A DNA stretch of 64,000 nucleotides. It comes from Desulfosoma sp. Lineage in GTDB: Bacteria; Desulfobacterota; Syntrophobacteria; Syntrophobacterales; DSM-9756. The notes under the pieces were generated by a model that saw only the letters and a list, made by a program, of their open reading frames with translations, searched no databases and was not told where the DNA came from. Shown piece by piece: positions 7,892 to 17,484 of this stretch (position 1 is its first letter; each line of letters begins with the position of its first letter). Location: the NCBI GenBank assembly GCA_037481835.1, contig JBBFKW010000002.1, positions 32,001-96,000 on the forward strand, in the 5' to 3' direction. The translations under genes were made by a program, and so were the position numbers.

Positions 7892-9247
7892 TCACACCAT
7901 GTTGATGGCGGTTTGAATCATTTCGGCGGTCTGCTGGACCAGTTTCGCCGCCGCCTGATAGAGCTGCTGGTGCTTGATGAGTTCAACCATTTCTTCATCG
8001 AGGGAAACCCCTGAGACGCTTTGCCGCTGCGCGTCCAGTTGCTGAGCCAGGGAATCCTTCAAAAGGGATTGGGTCGAAGCCGATTGCACCGACAGCCCCA
8101 CATCCTGGCTGAGCTGGGTGAGGTATTGGCCTGGGGTGAGATTCCCCAGGGACTCCATGGGCGCGCTTTCCAGGGAGAGGGCGCCGCGGGCCAGGGCGTT
8201 GGTCGGTGAACTCAAGGGATCGTCCGACAGGCGGATCTCGGCCGCCGTCGTGAAATCAGGATCGAAAAAGGCCCCGGGGATTTGGAGGTCTTCATAGAGA
8301 CCCTGGAAGCTTGTCACCAGCGCAGAGGCGAAGGTGTCCAAAGCATCGCGCCAGGTCTGGACCGTGCCCAAGGCCGTGAGGAGCGCTCCCGTAGATCCGT
8401 GCAGGCCGTCCTGGACCTTTTCCTCGGCTGCGGCGTCAAACTGCGCGACGATCTTATCGGAGTCAGAGATCCGGATGTCCAGCGCGTCGGCATCTCCCCT
8501 GATTTTCAGTTCGGCGGCGTAATCCGTGAAAAGGACAAGGGGGGTTCCATCTTCAAGAAAGACATTCAGGGTGCCGCCGGTGCCCTCCTGAGTCGTAAAC
8601 CGCACGTATTGGGAAAGTTCCTGCAGGGCTTGGAAGCGTTGATCCCGCAGGTCGTTGGCCATGAAGGTCGGGGTTTCCGAGCGTTGAATCTGTTGGTTGA
8701 GATCCCGGATTTTTTGAAGCAAGCCGTTGATCGCGGACACATTGTCTCTGAGCTCCGCCACGATGCCTTCCCGGTGTTGGGTGAGTTCTGCGGCCGTTTG
8801 ATTCAGGCCGGTGCAAAGGTTTCGGCCGCATTCCAGGACCACGGCCCTTTCCGCCGCTCCTTCCGGGTTTTGGGCCAAGGCGTTCCATGCGTTCCAAAAA
8901 TCCTTCAACGCCGCATACAAACCGGTGTCGCCGTCGTCGGATAAAGACGTTTCCGCGGCCGTCAGGATGCGTTCCAAGGTCCCGTAGTAAGCGCTTTGGG
9001 AGGACGCGTCCAAGTAACGCCCTTCCAGGAAGGTATCCCGTTGCTGGACGATCCGATCCAGGCGCGCTCCGGCCCCGATCCATCCGGCGCGGCCGAGGAT
9101 GGCCCCCTGGGTGACGGTCGGCGCTTTCTGGCGGGAGTAGTTGGGATTTTCCGCGTTGGCCACGTTATGGGACGTGGTTTGGATCTGCACCTGAGCGTTC
9201 AACAGGGCGTTTTTGCCGATCTCCAAGGCGGCGTTCAACCCAGCCAT
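7892..9247 (-). CDS. flgK: Hook-associated protein FlgK
   Basis: TTSHNVANAENPNYSRQ; SVSGVSLDEEMVELIKHQQLYQAAAK. Confidence 0.95.
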   Translation of the reverse strand: MAGLNAALEIGKNALLNAQVQIQTTSHNVANAENPNYSRQKAPTVTQGAILGRAGWIGAGARLDRIVQQRDTFLEGRYLDASSQSAYYGTLERILTAAETSLSDDGDTGLYAALKDFWNAWNALAQNPEGAAERAVVLECGRNLCTGLNQTAAELTQHREGIVAELRDNVSAINGLLQKIRDLNQQIQRSETPTFMANDLRDQRFQALQELSQYVRFTTQEGTGGTLNVFLEDGTPLVLFTDYAAELKIRGDADALDIRISDSDKIVAQFDAAAEEKVQDGLHGSTGALLTALGTVQTWRDALDTFASALVTSFQGLYEDLQIPGAFFDPDFTTAAEIRLSDDPLSSPTNALARGALSLESAPMESLGNLTPGQYLTQLSQDVGLSVQSASTQSLLKDSLAQQLDAQRQSVSGVSLDEEMVELIKHQQLYQAAAKLVQQTAEMIQTAINMV

Positions 9248-9249
9248 GA

Positions 9250-9672
9250 TCAGGCCTCCGTGCTGAGGCTGCAGCCCTTGAGGGCCGGCAAGGTCTCTCG
9301 GGCCGCATGGCCGTACGTCTGAGGGACCATCATGGAAAGGAGTTCCCGGTAAACGAGCAAAAGGTCGGCGATGTATCGGCCGTTGGCGTCGTTTTGGGCT
9401 TCGATGCGCCGAAGGGTTTCCTTGAGATCGAGCCATGCGGCCCGGTCCCGGGCCGGACCCTTCGACGGGTCTCCGGCATGATGGAGGCTCCGGAGGCTTT
9501 CCGAAAGCCTCCGAGCGAGCGCCTCCTTTTCGGGAAGAATCTCCAGCAGGGCGGCGTGCTCGCCTTCAGCTAGGAGGCGGGTTTCTTGCTGAAGGAGTTC
9601 GAGAAGGTGCTCCGCCGTAATCCGCACCGCATCGGGGTCAAGGTCTGTAACGCGTTGTCCGTTGTGTGTCAT
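9250..9672 (-). CDS. flgN: Export chaperone FlgN
   Basis: Helical 140 aa (LLQQE..L...K..L; I..QNDANG) immediately before flgK. Confidence 0.7.
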   Translation of the reverse strand: MTHNGQRVTDLDPDAVRITAEHLLELLQQETRLLAEGEHAALLEILPEKEALARRLSESLRSLHHAGDPSKGPARDRAAWLDLKETLRRIEAQNDANGRYIADLLLVYRELLSMMVPQTYGHAARETLPALKGCSLSTEA

Positions 9673-9729
9673 GGGGATGCTCCGAAAAGAGGATTGGGCG
9701 AGACGCCCTTGCTATTCCCACACTCATAT

Positions 9730-9757
9730 AAGTCGTCACAATGCCTGAAAAACTTCA
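9730..9757 (-). promoter_or_regulatory. Weak sigma28-like promoter for flgNKL
   Basis: TGAAG-N15-GACGACTT, same spacing as the site at 6160. Confidence 0.35.
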
Positions 9758-9774
9758 GTCAAATCCTCAGCCCT

Positions 9775-10080
9775 TTACCGGGGTTCTTCCTTTTTGACCA
9801 TAAGGGGTTCCAAGGACCGATAGAGCCATCGGCCTAAGCCCAGGGATTCCTGCCGGCTCCACACATCGGCCAGGCCTTCGTCCAGCATGGATTCATAAAG
9901 CCCCATGGCATGGTCCGGCTCTTCGTCTCGCAGCACCGAAGCCCGCATGGATGTCACCAGTTGGGCCGCGAGCAGGCTTTCAAAGTCCATGCACGCCTGT
10001 TTGAGCCGGTTTTTTTCCTTGTCCGTGCCCTTGGACGGAGCCGAGGTTTCCGTGACATGAATGGAGCTAATCGACGACAT
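9775..10080 (-). CDS. flgJ: Rod-binding FlgJ (no muramidase domain)
   Basis: LKQACMDFESLL..MR...YESMLD...LGLGRWLY. Confidence 0.88.
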   Translation of the reverse strand: MSSISSIHVTETSAPSKGTDKEKNRLKQACMDFESLLAAQLVTSMRASVLRDEEPDHAMGLYESMLDEGLADVWSRQESLGLGRWLYRSLEPLMVKKEEPR

Positions 10081-10089
10081 CGCGGTCCT

Positions 10090-10830
10090 CTATTTGATTT
10101 TTTCGAAAATGATTTCCACCCGCCGGTTCAGTCGGCGCCCTTCAGGCGTGTCGTTTGAGGCCAGGGGCTGGGTGTCTCCGTAACCGCCCAAGGCGACCTT
10201 TTCCGGCGGCACCTTTCCTTGGGTCACCAGATATTCCAAAACGGCGTGCGCGCGGGCCAAGGCCAGGTCCTCGTTGGAGGCGAAGGCGGCGCCCTTGACG
10301 GGAACGTCATCGGTATGCCCGTCCACATACGCCTTGTAGGAGGCTTCATTGAGAAAGCGCGCGAATTTTTCCAGGATTCCATAGGCCCCGGGCTTCAGGG
10401 TGGCGCTGCCGCTTTCAAAGAGCAGCTGATCCCCGAAGATGAAGGAGAAATCCCCTGGACTCCACCTTTTTTTGACCAAGAGGGCGTTGCCCGAAGAGAC
10501 GATGAGTTTAAAGTCCTTTTTCCAGGGGGTCTTGGACACTTCGTCCAACTTCCGCACATCGGCGATATAGACGCTCTTGAGGCTCTTGATGATATCCTGG
10601 ATAACGATATCGGGATTGTGGCGGATCTTCTGACGTTCTTTAAAGAAAAGAATCCCGCTGGTCTTGTCGAAGTTTTGAAAGGTGCTGCGGATGGCCTTTT
10701 CGTTCAAGGACGACATGCTGAGGAGCAGCACGAAAAAGGTGAGGAGCAGCGTGGACAGGTCCGAGAAGGTGACCATCCACGTCGCACCACCGCCGCCCTC
10801 ATCGCCTCCCTTGTTCTTTTTTCGGGCCAT
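10090..10830 (-). CDS. motB: Stator protein MotB/PomB, copy 2
   Basis: WMVTFSDLSTLLLTFFVLLLSMS; OmpA-like GHTD...NRRVEI. Confidence 0.92.
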   Translation of the reverse strand: MARKKNKGGDEGGGGATWMVTFSDLSTLLLTFFVLLLSMSSLNEKAIRSTFQNFDKTSGILFFKERQKIRHNPDIVIQDIIKSLKSVYIADVRKLDEVSKTPWKKDFKLIVSSGNALLVKKRWSPGDFSFIFGDQLLFESGSATLKPGAYGILEKFARFLNEASYKAYVDGHTDDVPVKGAAFASNEDLALARAHAVLEYLVTQGKVPPEKVALGGYGDTQPLASNDTPEGRRLNRRVEIIFEKIK

Positions 10831-10842
10831 AGCTCGTCTCCT

Positions 10843-11721
10843 CTACCCACGGCTTGCCCCGGGGCTCGTCGGGGGTGGACCTTCCGCACCGTGAGCCTCC
10901 CGGCCCTTTTCGGGCATGGGGAACAAGCGGAAGAAGAAGTTCTTGTAATTGAAAAAGGGACTGGCTTGGGGTTCATCACGGAGCAGGGTTGCGGGCAGGT
11001 TCCGGCTGTAGGTGAGGACGATTTCCACCCGTTGGTTTTTCTCCCGGAGGTGGGGGTATTGGATCCCGTCGACCAGAGGTTTGTAAAAACTGAAACCGTG
11101 AACACTCACGCGTTTCGGGTCCAGCCCCTGGGAAAGAAGGTATCGATAAACGGCCATGGCCCTTCTGGCTGAGATGGTCCAGGAGAGCTTTTCCCACCCC
11201 GGGGTTTCGATTTTTTCGAAGCGATCGGTGTGCCCGCCGATTTCGATCTCCCGGGAATCCCGTTCCAGGTAGGGCAGGAGCTGGGAAAGGTAGCGGCGGG
11301 CTGCGGGCTTGAGTTCAAACGAGCCGGCCTCGAACAGAATTTTCTGGTTGAGGACGAGAGTCAGGGATTCGTCTTTTCTAATGATGTCCACGTCCTTATC
11401 CAATTCGTTTTTCATGGTCACTTCGCGGAGCATATCGAAATTGAGGTTGTTTTTTTCCATGGGGGCTTCGAATTCGCTGATGTCCGTCCCTTTGGGCGTG
11501 CCGATGGCCGAGCGTCCTCCCGGCAAAAACCCGAAGGCGCCCACGAGGGAGTTGAGTGCCTGCCTCTGGCGGGTATTGTCTATGACAGACATGCTGAGCA
11601 AAAGGACGAAAAAGGTGAGCAGGAGCGTGCACAGGTCGCAATAGGTCGTAAGCCAGCCTTCCGCCGGAGGGCCTTCGTCGCCGCCGGATTTGTTTTTTCT
11701 AGATGATTTCGAGTTCGGCAT
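10843..11721 (-). CDS. motB: Stator protein MotB/PomB, copy 1
   Basis: WLTTYCDLCTLLLTFFVLLLSMS; GHTD...NQRVEI. Confidence 0.92.
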   Translation of the reverse strand: MPNSKSSRKNKSGGDEGPPAEGWLTTYCDLCTLLLTFFVLLLSMSVIDNTRQRQALNSLVGAFGFLPGGRSAIGTPKGTDISEFEAPMEKNNLNFDMLREVTMKNELDKDVDIIRKDESLTLVLNQKILFEAGSFELKPAARRYLSQLLPYLERDSREIEIGGHTDRFEKIETPGWEKLSWTISARRAMAVYRYLLSQGLDPKRVSVHGFSFYKPLVDGIQYPHLREKNQRVEIVLTYSRNLPATLLRDEPQASPFFNYKNFFFRLFPMPEKGREAHGAEGPPPTSPGASRG

Positions 11722-12805
11722 GAAGAGCTCCTGCGGCCTTGATGGCTTGGAGGATCGTGATGATGTCTCGGGGCGTGGCGCCGATGGCGTTCAGCCCCTT
11801 AATGACTTCCCCGATGGTGGCCCCTCCGCCCACGACGTTGATGGTTCCCTTACCTTCCTGGACCTGCACTGTGGACTGCGGGGTGACCACGGTTCTCCCC
11901 TGGCTGAAGGGCAAAGGCTGGGAAACGGCGGGCTGTTCGCTGATCTGTACCGTGAGGTTGCCATGGGCGACGGCCACGGGAGAGATCCGCACGTTCTCTC
12001 CAAGGACGATGGTTCCTGTGCGTTCGTTGATAACGACTTTGGCGGGGACGTCTGGGCTGATGTCCAGGGCTTCCACCTGAGACATGAGCCCCACGATGTC
12101 CGACCGATAGGACGGCGGCACATCCACCTGGATGGTGGTCCCGTCCACAGCCTTGGCGTAGTGGCCGCCCAAAGCCAGGTTGATCTTTCGGGCGGCCTGA
12201 TCGGCGGTGCTGAAGTCCGGGGTGTTTAGAACCAGGTCCAGGCGATCCAGCCCGTCGAGCTGCACGGGAAATTCCTGTTCCACCACGGCCCCTTGGGAAA
12301 TGAAGCCCACCGTGGGATGGTTCTTCTGGACCGAACTGCCGCTGGCCCCGGAAGCGGAAAAGCCGCCTGTGGAAACGGGACCTTGGGCGACGGCGTAGAC
12401 CTGCCCGTCGGGACCCTGCAGGGTGGTCATGAGAAGCGTGCCGCCTTCCAGACTCTTGGCGTCCCCGATGGAAGACACCTGCACATCGAGCTTGCTTCCG
12501 ATACGGGCGAAAGGCGGGAGCTTGGCTGTGACCATGACGGCGGCCACGTTTTTCACCTTGACACTGTCCGGATCCACGTGGACGCCCATGCGGTCCAGGA
12601 AATTGGCCAAAGTGCTCGTGGTGAACTGCGTCTTGTTGTTGTCCCCGGTGCCGTTGAGGCCGATGACCAGCCCGTAGCCGAAGAGGGCGTTGGGACGCAC
12701 GCCCATGAAGCGGGCCACATCCTTGATGCGGGTGCCTTGGGCCATTGGGGCGCTCCAGAGGAGCAGGCACGCGAAGACGAGCGCGGTCCACAAGCGGCGT
12801 TCCAT
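11699..12805 (-). CDS. flgI: P-ring protein FlgI
   Basis: RIKD...GYGLVIGLNGTGD; ILQAIKAAGALHAELEII. Confidence 0.98.
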   Translation of the reverse strand: MERRLWTALVFACLLLWSAPMAQGTRIKDVARFMGVRPNALFGYGLVIGLNGTGDNNKTQFTTSTLANFLDRMGVHVDPDSVKVKNVAAVMVTAKLPPFARIGSKLDVQVSSIGDAKSLEGGTLLMTTLQGPDGQVYAVAQGPVSTGGFSASGASGSSVQKNHPTVGFISQGAVVEQEFPVQLDGLDRLDLVLNTPDFSTADQAARKINLALGGHYAKAVDGTTIQVDVPPSYRSDIVGLMSQVEALDISPDVPAKVVINERTGTIVLGENVRISPVAVAHGNLTVQISEQPAVSQPLPFSQGRTVVTPQSTVQVQEGKGTINVVGGGATIGEVIKGLNAIGATPRDIITILQAIKAAGALHAELEII

Positions 12806-12824
12806 GGAAGACGGCCCCTCCTAT

Positions 12825-13574
12825 CTAAAAAGGTACGATCATATCCAGGATTTGTCCCAAAATGCCCGGTTTCTGCTGTCGGCTGATGGGACCTTTGCCC
12901 ACGAAGAAGATTTTGGCCTCGGCGATGTTCTGGGACAACACGGTGTTGTCCCTGGTGATGTCCATGGGACGCACCACCCCTTCCAGGACGATCTGCTGGA
13001 GTTCATCGTTGACTTTCGTCCATCGGGATCCGCGGATAACCAGATTGCCGTTGGGCAGGATGTCGGTGACCGTGGCCGTCATATAGGCCGTCATGGAATC
13101 CGCTTTCTTGGTGCTCCCCTTGCCGGTGAACGTGTTGTCGAAGCTCAAGCCGTATCCGGTCTTGTTCACCGGTTGGAGAATCGTCTGGGACGGGGTGCTC
13201 AGTCCCATAAAACTCCCTTCGCCGTTGTACTCCCGCACCCGGCTCGTGGACGTGGCGGCTTCCTTGGACGCTTTGGATTGTTCGCTCACCATGATGGTGA
13301 CGATATCCCCCACGCGATGGGCCTTGATGTCCTGAAAAAGGGATTCCCGGCCGGCGTTCCACATGGAGCCCGTGGGGGCCGGCTTGGGCTGTGCCGTTGT
13401 CCGGGAAGGGCTGAATTCTTCCTGAAGCGGCGGAGGCGGCGGTAAGGGGCTGTGGGCCGTAGGAGTGCGCACGTTTTGGCTATCGGCGGCACATCCCCAC
13501 ACTGCGACCCAGAGCACCGCCCAAAGCCCAAGAATTCTGGTTCGTGCCCGATGCGATTTTCCGTTTCGTTCCAT
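12825..13574 (-). CDS. flgH: L-ring lipoprotein FlgH
   Basis: Lipobox-like AVWGC; LFQDIKAHRVGDIVTI; LPNGNLVIRG; GVVRPMDI. Confidence 0.96.
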   Translation of the reverse strand: MERNGKSHRARTRILGLWAVLWVAVWGCAADSQNVRTPTAHSPLPPPPPLQEEFSPSRTTAQPKPAPTGSMWNAGRESLFQDIKAHRVGDIVTIMVSEQSKASKEAATSTSRVREYNGEGSFMGLSTPSQTILQPVNKTGYGLSFDNTFTGKGSTKKADSMTAYMTATVTDILPNGNLVIRGSRWTKVNDELQQIVLEGVVRPMDITRDNTVLSQNIAEAKIFFVGKGPISRQQKPGILGQILDMIVPF

Positions 13575-13613
13575 GGTCGTCCTCTTGAGGCCCGTTTGTC
13601 TCGGGCGTCGATC

Positions 13614-14633
13614 TTAGGGGGATAACGCCACGGTGGTTTCGTCCACTACCCTGGCTTTGAGCGTCTTTTGGGAGGCCGCGTTCACCACCCGGATCCAATC
13701 CCCTTCGGCTCCGCTTTCTTTGGATTCCCCCTTGGCGGTGAGTTTCAGAGATCCTTCCTGATAGAGGATGGTCACCGGTTTTCCGGACGTGATGCATAGG
13801 GGTTTGTCCACAAAGGCCGTTTCGATGGGCTGTCGGGCGTTCACGGGGCGCACGAGCCTCTTGCCCGCGAGCTCTTCCATGCGCGTGGCGTAGGTCCTGG
13901 AGGCATCGGTAAGGAGGATTTCTCGGAATTCCATGTGCTCCGGCCCAAGGATCGTGTCTCGTCGAAGGTTTTGTGTGGCGTGGATCACCCTCTTTCGAAC
14001 GGTCACCTTGCCGGCGACCCGAAGACTCCGCACTTTCCGGCCTTCGACGAAAAAGTGAATTGTCAGGGGCACGACCCCCAAAAAGGACGTGTCCTGTGGC
14101 GCTTCGATCTCGTGGGTCACCTCGCCTTCGGGGACGGCGGCAAGCCCGGAAATCACAATGTCCCGAATCTCCATTTCCGCGGGATCCCACGGTGCGTGGT
14201 CCCGAATGTAGGCGCGGTAAAGATCCTCAACCCTTTGGGGGTCCAAAGCCGCCGCTTTCCTGCGCAGCGTGATGCGTTCGGGAATGGACAGGAACACCTG
14301 CTCGGGATCCGTGCCCAGAGACGCCAGCACTTTCTTGAGGTATGGACCCAGATTGTCCGTTCGCACCGTCTTTTCGGAGCCCACCGGCGGGGTTTGCCCC
14401 AGGGGAATGGATCGGAATGCGCCGGCCCATCGGGGCGGCAACCCTTCGGCATTGTCGATGAGATCATAAAGGGTCAGCGTCTCCTGGGACGTTTCCACGA
14501 CGGAGCGGACCTGGAGGGACGAAGGACTTGCGTCCGTCAAAAGGGTGGAAGCATCGCCGTCGGGAGGCGACGCCTGGCTTAATGCGGCACACAAGAGCCC
14601 GAGAACCGAAAGGCTTAGGATGAGAGGTCTCAT
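13614..14633 (-). CDS. flgA: P-ring chaperone FlgA
   Basis: Signal peptide, SAF-like C-terminus (G.EGDWIRVVNAASQKTLKARV); between flgG and flgH. Confidence 0.88.
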   Translation of the reverse strand: MRPLILSLSVLGLLCAALSQASPPDGDASTLLTDASPSSLQVRSVVETSQETLTLYDLIDNAEGLPPRWAGAFRSIPLGQTPPVGSEKTVRTDNLGPYLKKVLASLGTDPEQVFLSIPERITLRRKAAALDPQRVEDLYRAYIRDHAPWDPAEMEIRDIVISGLAAVPEGEVTHEIEAPQDTSFLGVVPLTIHFFVEGRKVRSLRVAGKVTVRKRVIHATQNLRRDTILGPEHMEFREILLTDASRTYATRMEELAGKRLVRPVNARQPIETAFVDKPLCITSGKPVTILYQEGSLKLTAKGESKESGAEGDWIRVVNAASQKTLKARVVDETTVALSP

Positions 14634-14722
14634 CTTTGGTCGATTCCCTTTACCAATGCGAAAGAGCCGTTTTTTCGGACAGCATTCGGAGCACCCTTCC
14701 CCGCGATTCGGATCACGGACGA

Positions 14723-15505
14723 TTACGAGGCCACGCTGTTGGCGATCCGAAGCATTTCGTCGGCCGTTCGGATCACTTTGGAATTGGCTTCATAAGCCCG
14801 CTGCCCTGCGATCATATTGACCATTTCCTCGACCACGTTGATGTTGGCGCTTTCCAGGAACCCTTGGAGGAGTGTGCCGAATCCTTCCGTTCCCGGCTGC
14901 CCTTCCACGGCGTCCCCGGAGGCTTCCGAGGGGGCGAAGTAGTTCTTGCCCAGGCTGAGCAACCCGGCGGGATTGGCGAAATCGTAGAGTGTCAGATTGA
15001 CCGAGGCGAGCAGCGTCCCGTTTTGATCGAAGGCGCTCAGTGTGCCCCGAGGATCCACGTTGATGGTCACGGCCTCCCTGGGGATACTCACTTCGGGCTG
15101 AAGGCGGTTGCCTTCGGAGTCCACCAGGTAGCCTTCCGAATCCAGCTTGAAGGTTCCGGCGCGCGTGTAGACTTCATCGGCGCCTCGTAGAACTTTGAAG
15201 AACCCCTTGCCTTCGATGGCCAGGTCCAGTTGGTTTCCCGTTTCGGTGAAGTTGCCCTGCGTGAAAATCTTTTGGACGGACGCCGTCTTCACTCCCATGC
15301 CGATCTGGATGCCCGTAGGGATCGTCGCCGAAGCCCCCGTTTCGGCGCCGGGCGGGATGATGTTCTGGTACATGAGGTCTTCGAAATTGGCCCGGCTCTT
15401 CTTAAAACCCGTGGTGTTGGCGTTTGCCAAGTTATGGGCCACCACGTCCATATTGAGCTGCTGGGCATCCATCCCCGTTGCCGCCGTCCAGAGACTCCTC
15501 ATCAT
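14723..15505 (-). CDS. flgG: Distal rod protein FlgG
   Basis: MMRSLWTAATGM..NLANANTTGFKKSR; ESANINVVEEMVNMI. Confidence 0.98.
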   Translation of the reverse strand: MMRSLWTAATGMDAQQLNMDVVAHNLANANTTGFKKSRANFEDLMYQNIIPPGAETGASATIPTGIQIGMGVKTASVQKIFTQGNFTETGNQLDLAIEGKGFFKVLRGADEVYTRAGTFKLDSEGYLVDSEGNRLQPEVSIPREAVTINVDPRGTLSAFDQNGTLLASVNLTLYDFANPAGLLSLGKNYFAPSEASGDAVEGQPGTEGFGTLLQGFLESANINVVEEMVNMIAGQRAYEANSKVIRTADEMLRIANSVAS

Positions 15506-15521
15506 GGCTCGCTATTCCTCC

Positions 15522-16199
15522 CTAGGATTTTCCAAGTTGGTTGATGACCTGTTTGTCTTCTTCATAAGACATTTTCATGACCTTCTGGCACGCTTCGAAA
15601 ATGCGCAGGGTCTCGATCATGGAAGTCATTTCCTGGACCGCGGAAAAATTTGCCCCTTCCAGGGCTCCCTGCTCCACCGTGAAATTCCGGGCCGGCACAG
15701 CAAAGGTGTTGGGATCTGCGGGCATGAGCAGATTTCTTTCGTCGTGCACGAGCCGAACCCCCGGCGGAAAGGCCACCACATCCAGAGTGTCCACGAGGTT
15801 CTCGCCGTCGTAGACCTGGCCTTCGGAGCCGATGCGCAGTTGCGATCCCTCCACCTGGATGATCCCGCCTTGCCCCAAAATCGGCCACCCTTGCGGCGTG
15901 ACCAGGCGGCCCTGGGCGTCCACCGTCAAATTCCCGGCGCGCGTGTAGCGTTCCCCTCGATCGGTTTGGATGCGAAAATAGCCCTCACCGTTGATGGCCA
16001 CATCCATGGGGTTTTCCGTGCGGTGCACCGGGCCTTGGGTGGATTGGGTATAGGTCTGGAGTTCCATGAAATTTTCGAAACGCGTCCCCACCTTTCGGTA
16101 GCCCGGCGTGGCGGCGTTCGCCAAATTATTGGCGATGACGTCCAGGCGCTTTTCCTGTTGGATGGCTCCCACTACCGACGTAAAGGGGCTAAGTTTCAT
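15522..16199 (-). CDS. flgF: Proximal rod protein FlgF
   Basis: LDVIANNLANAATPGY; YTRAGN; LEGANF; AAAGGAG RBS before ATG 16199. Confidence 0.93.
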   Translation of the reverse strand: MKLSPFTSVVGAIQQEKRLDVIANNLANAATPGYRKVGTRFENFMELQTYTQSTQGPVHRTENPMDVAINGEGYFRIQTDRGERYTRAGNLTVDAQGRLVTPQGWPILGQGGIIQVEGSQLRIGSEGQVYDGENLVDTLDVVAFPPGVRLVHDERNLLMPADPNTFAVPARNFTVEQGALEGANFSAVQEMTSMIETLRIFEACQKVMKMSYEEDKQVINQLGKS

Positions 16200-16226
16200 C
16201 GCGGTTCTCCTTTCGCCGTGCAAAGA

Positions 16227-16242
16227 AGCAACCCCAGTGCCA
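16227..16242 (-). promoter_or_regulatory. Sigma54 promoter for flgF operon
   Basis: TGGCACTGGGGTTGCT, full consensus match. Confidence 0.88.
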
Positions 16243-16267
16243 AATCCACGGCCTTCGGCAGCCGTTG

Positions 16268-16753
16268 TTATTTGGATTTCTTGTGTTGCAGCTTGTGGAG
16301 GTTGAGGACCAATTCCACTTCCCCCACGGGCCGGCGGATCCTGGAGGCGATGTCTTGGGGGGAGTGGCCGGCGTCGGCGAGCTGAAGGATGCGTTCCGCC
16401 GGAGTCTTAGGGGAGGAATCCCTCGGCGGGGCGTGGAGGGAGTCCGAGGCGACGGCCCGGTGCTGTTCCAAACGTTTCAAGATGGTTCTCGCTTCTTCGA
16501 GCTTCGCATCCAGGGATTCCAAAAGCTTTTCGATGAGACGTCCTCGCTCCTTCAAGTTCCGATCGAAGGCGTCGCTCAAGGTCTGGGTCTCGGCCAGGAT
16601 GCGTTGGAAAGATTCCACCACATGTTGAGAGGATGCAGAAGAGACGTTTCGGCGTCGGTCCCAAACAAGGGCGAGGACCAGGACAAGGAGCAGTCCGTCG
16701 ACAAAGAGCTGTAGGGTCGAATGCCAATCGCCGAGTTGAAGCCAGGCCCACAT
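16268..16753 (-). CDS. Membrane-anchored coiled-coil protein with C-terminal HTH-like motif (DUF2802/DUF6115-like)
   Basis: N-terminal TM, coiled coil, GHSPQDIASRIRRPVGEVELVLNL. Confidence 0.75.
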   Translation of the reverse strand: MWAWLQLGDWHSTLQLFVDGLLLVLVLALVWDRRRNVSSASSQHVVESFQRILAETQTLSDAFDRNLKERGRLIEKLLESLDAKLEEARTILKRLEQHRAVASDSLHAPPRDSSPKTPAERILQLADAGHSPQDIASRIRRPVGEVELVLNLHKLQHKKSK

Positions 16754-16779
16754 GGGGATGCCTCGAAGCCCTCAAGGGT

Positions 16780-17478
16780 TCAAATCTTCTGGAGATCTTC
16801 CAGTTCCACGGCGGTAATGGCGGCCTGGGGAAAGCGCTTTTGCAATTCCACGAGGAGCTCTTTTTCCACAACGGGGGCCCAGGATCGCCGCACGTTTTTT
16901 TCAGGATGCTGTCGGGAAAGGTAGTCGTACACAGCGTCCCTCAAGGTTACCCTGATGGACGAAAGAATGGCTTCGGCATTGGGGCGGCCGGTGTGCACCG
17001 CGACGGTCATCAACAGGAGGTCTTCCTTCTCCTTGGACTGGGCGGGGAAGAAGACCTCGATGCGTTCGACGGCGCTGGGAACGGCGATGGAATGACGAAC
17101 CTGAACCGGATTCTTGGCCGCGGCCCCCCCAAGGGACGGTTTGAAAAAGAAATGGCGGGCTCCCACGGCGGTCGCGGCGGCAAGGACGACGCCGAAAAGC
17201 CCAAAAATAAGCGCTCGTTTTCTCGTGCTTTTTCCCTCGGAAAGGGAAACTTCCACGGAGGGCTCTTCCGCCTTGGATGGCACGGGATCCGGTTCCGAAG
17301 GAGGTTCTGCGGAGGCTGCCTTTTCGGACGAAGCCGGCTGTTTCTTTTCGATACTCGCAAAGAGAGAGGCCAGATCCGTGTCTGTGTTTTCCACAACGAA
17401 AACACTGTCGTGCCGGCTGGAAGAGCTTCCCGCATTGGCTGAAGAGGTAGTGTTGAGGGGCACGTCCGCCATAGTCAT
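16780..17478 (-). CDS. Divergent FliL-like protein with long N-terminal extension
   Basis: Low-complexity N-terminus, single TM, FliL-like LRDAVYDYLS and ITAVELEDL. Confidence 0.6.
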   Translation of the reverse strand: MTMADVPLNTTSSANAGSSSSRHDSVFVVENTDTDLASLFASIEKKQPASSEKAASAEPPSEPDPVPSKAEEPSVEVSLSEGKSTRKRALIFGLFGVVLAAATAVGARHFFFKPSLGGAAAKNPVQVRHSIAVPSAVERIEVFFPAQSKEKEDLLLMTVAVHTGRPNAEAILSSIRVTLRDAVYDYLSRQHPEKNVRRSWAPVVEKELLVELQKRFPQAAITAVELEDLQKI

Positions 17479-17484
17479 CCTTTC

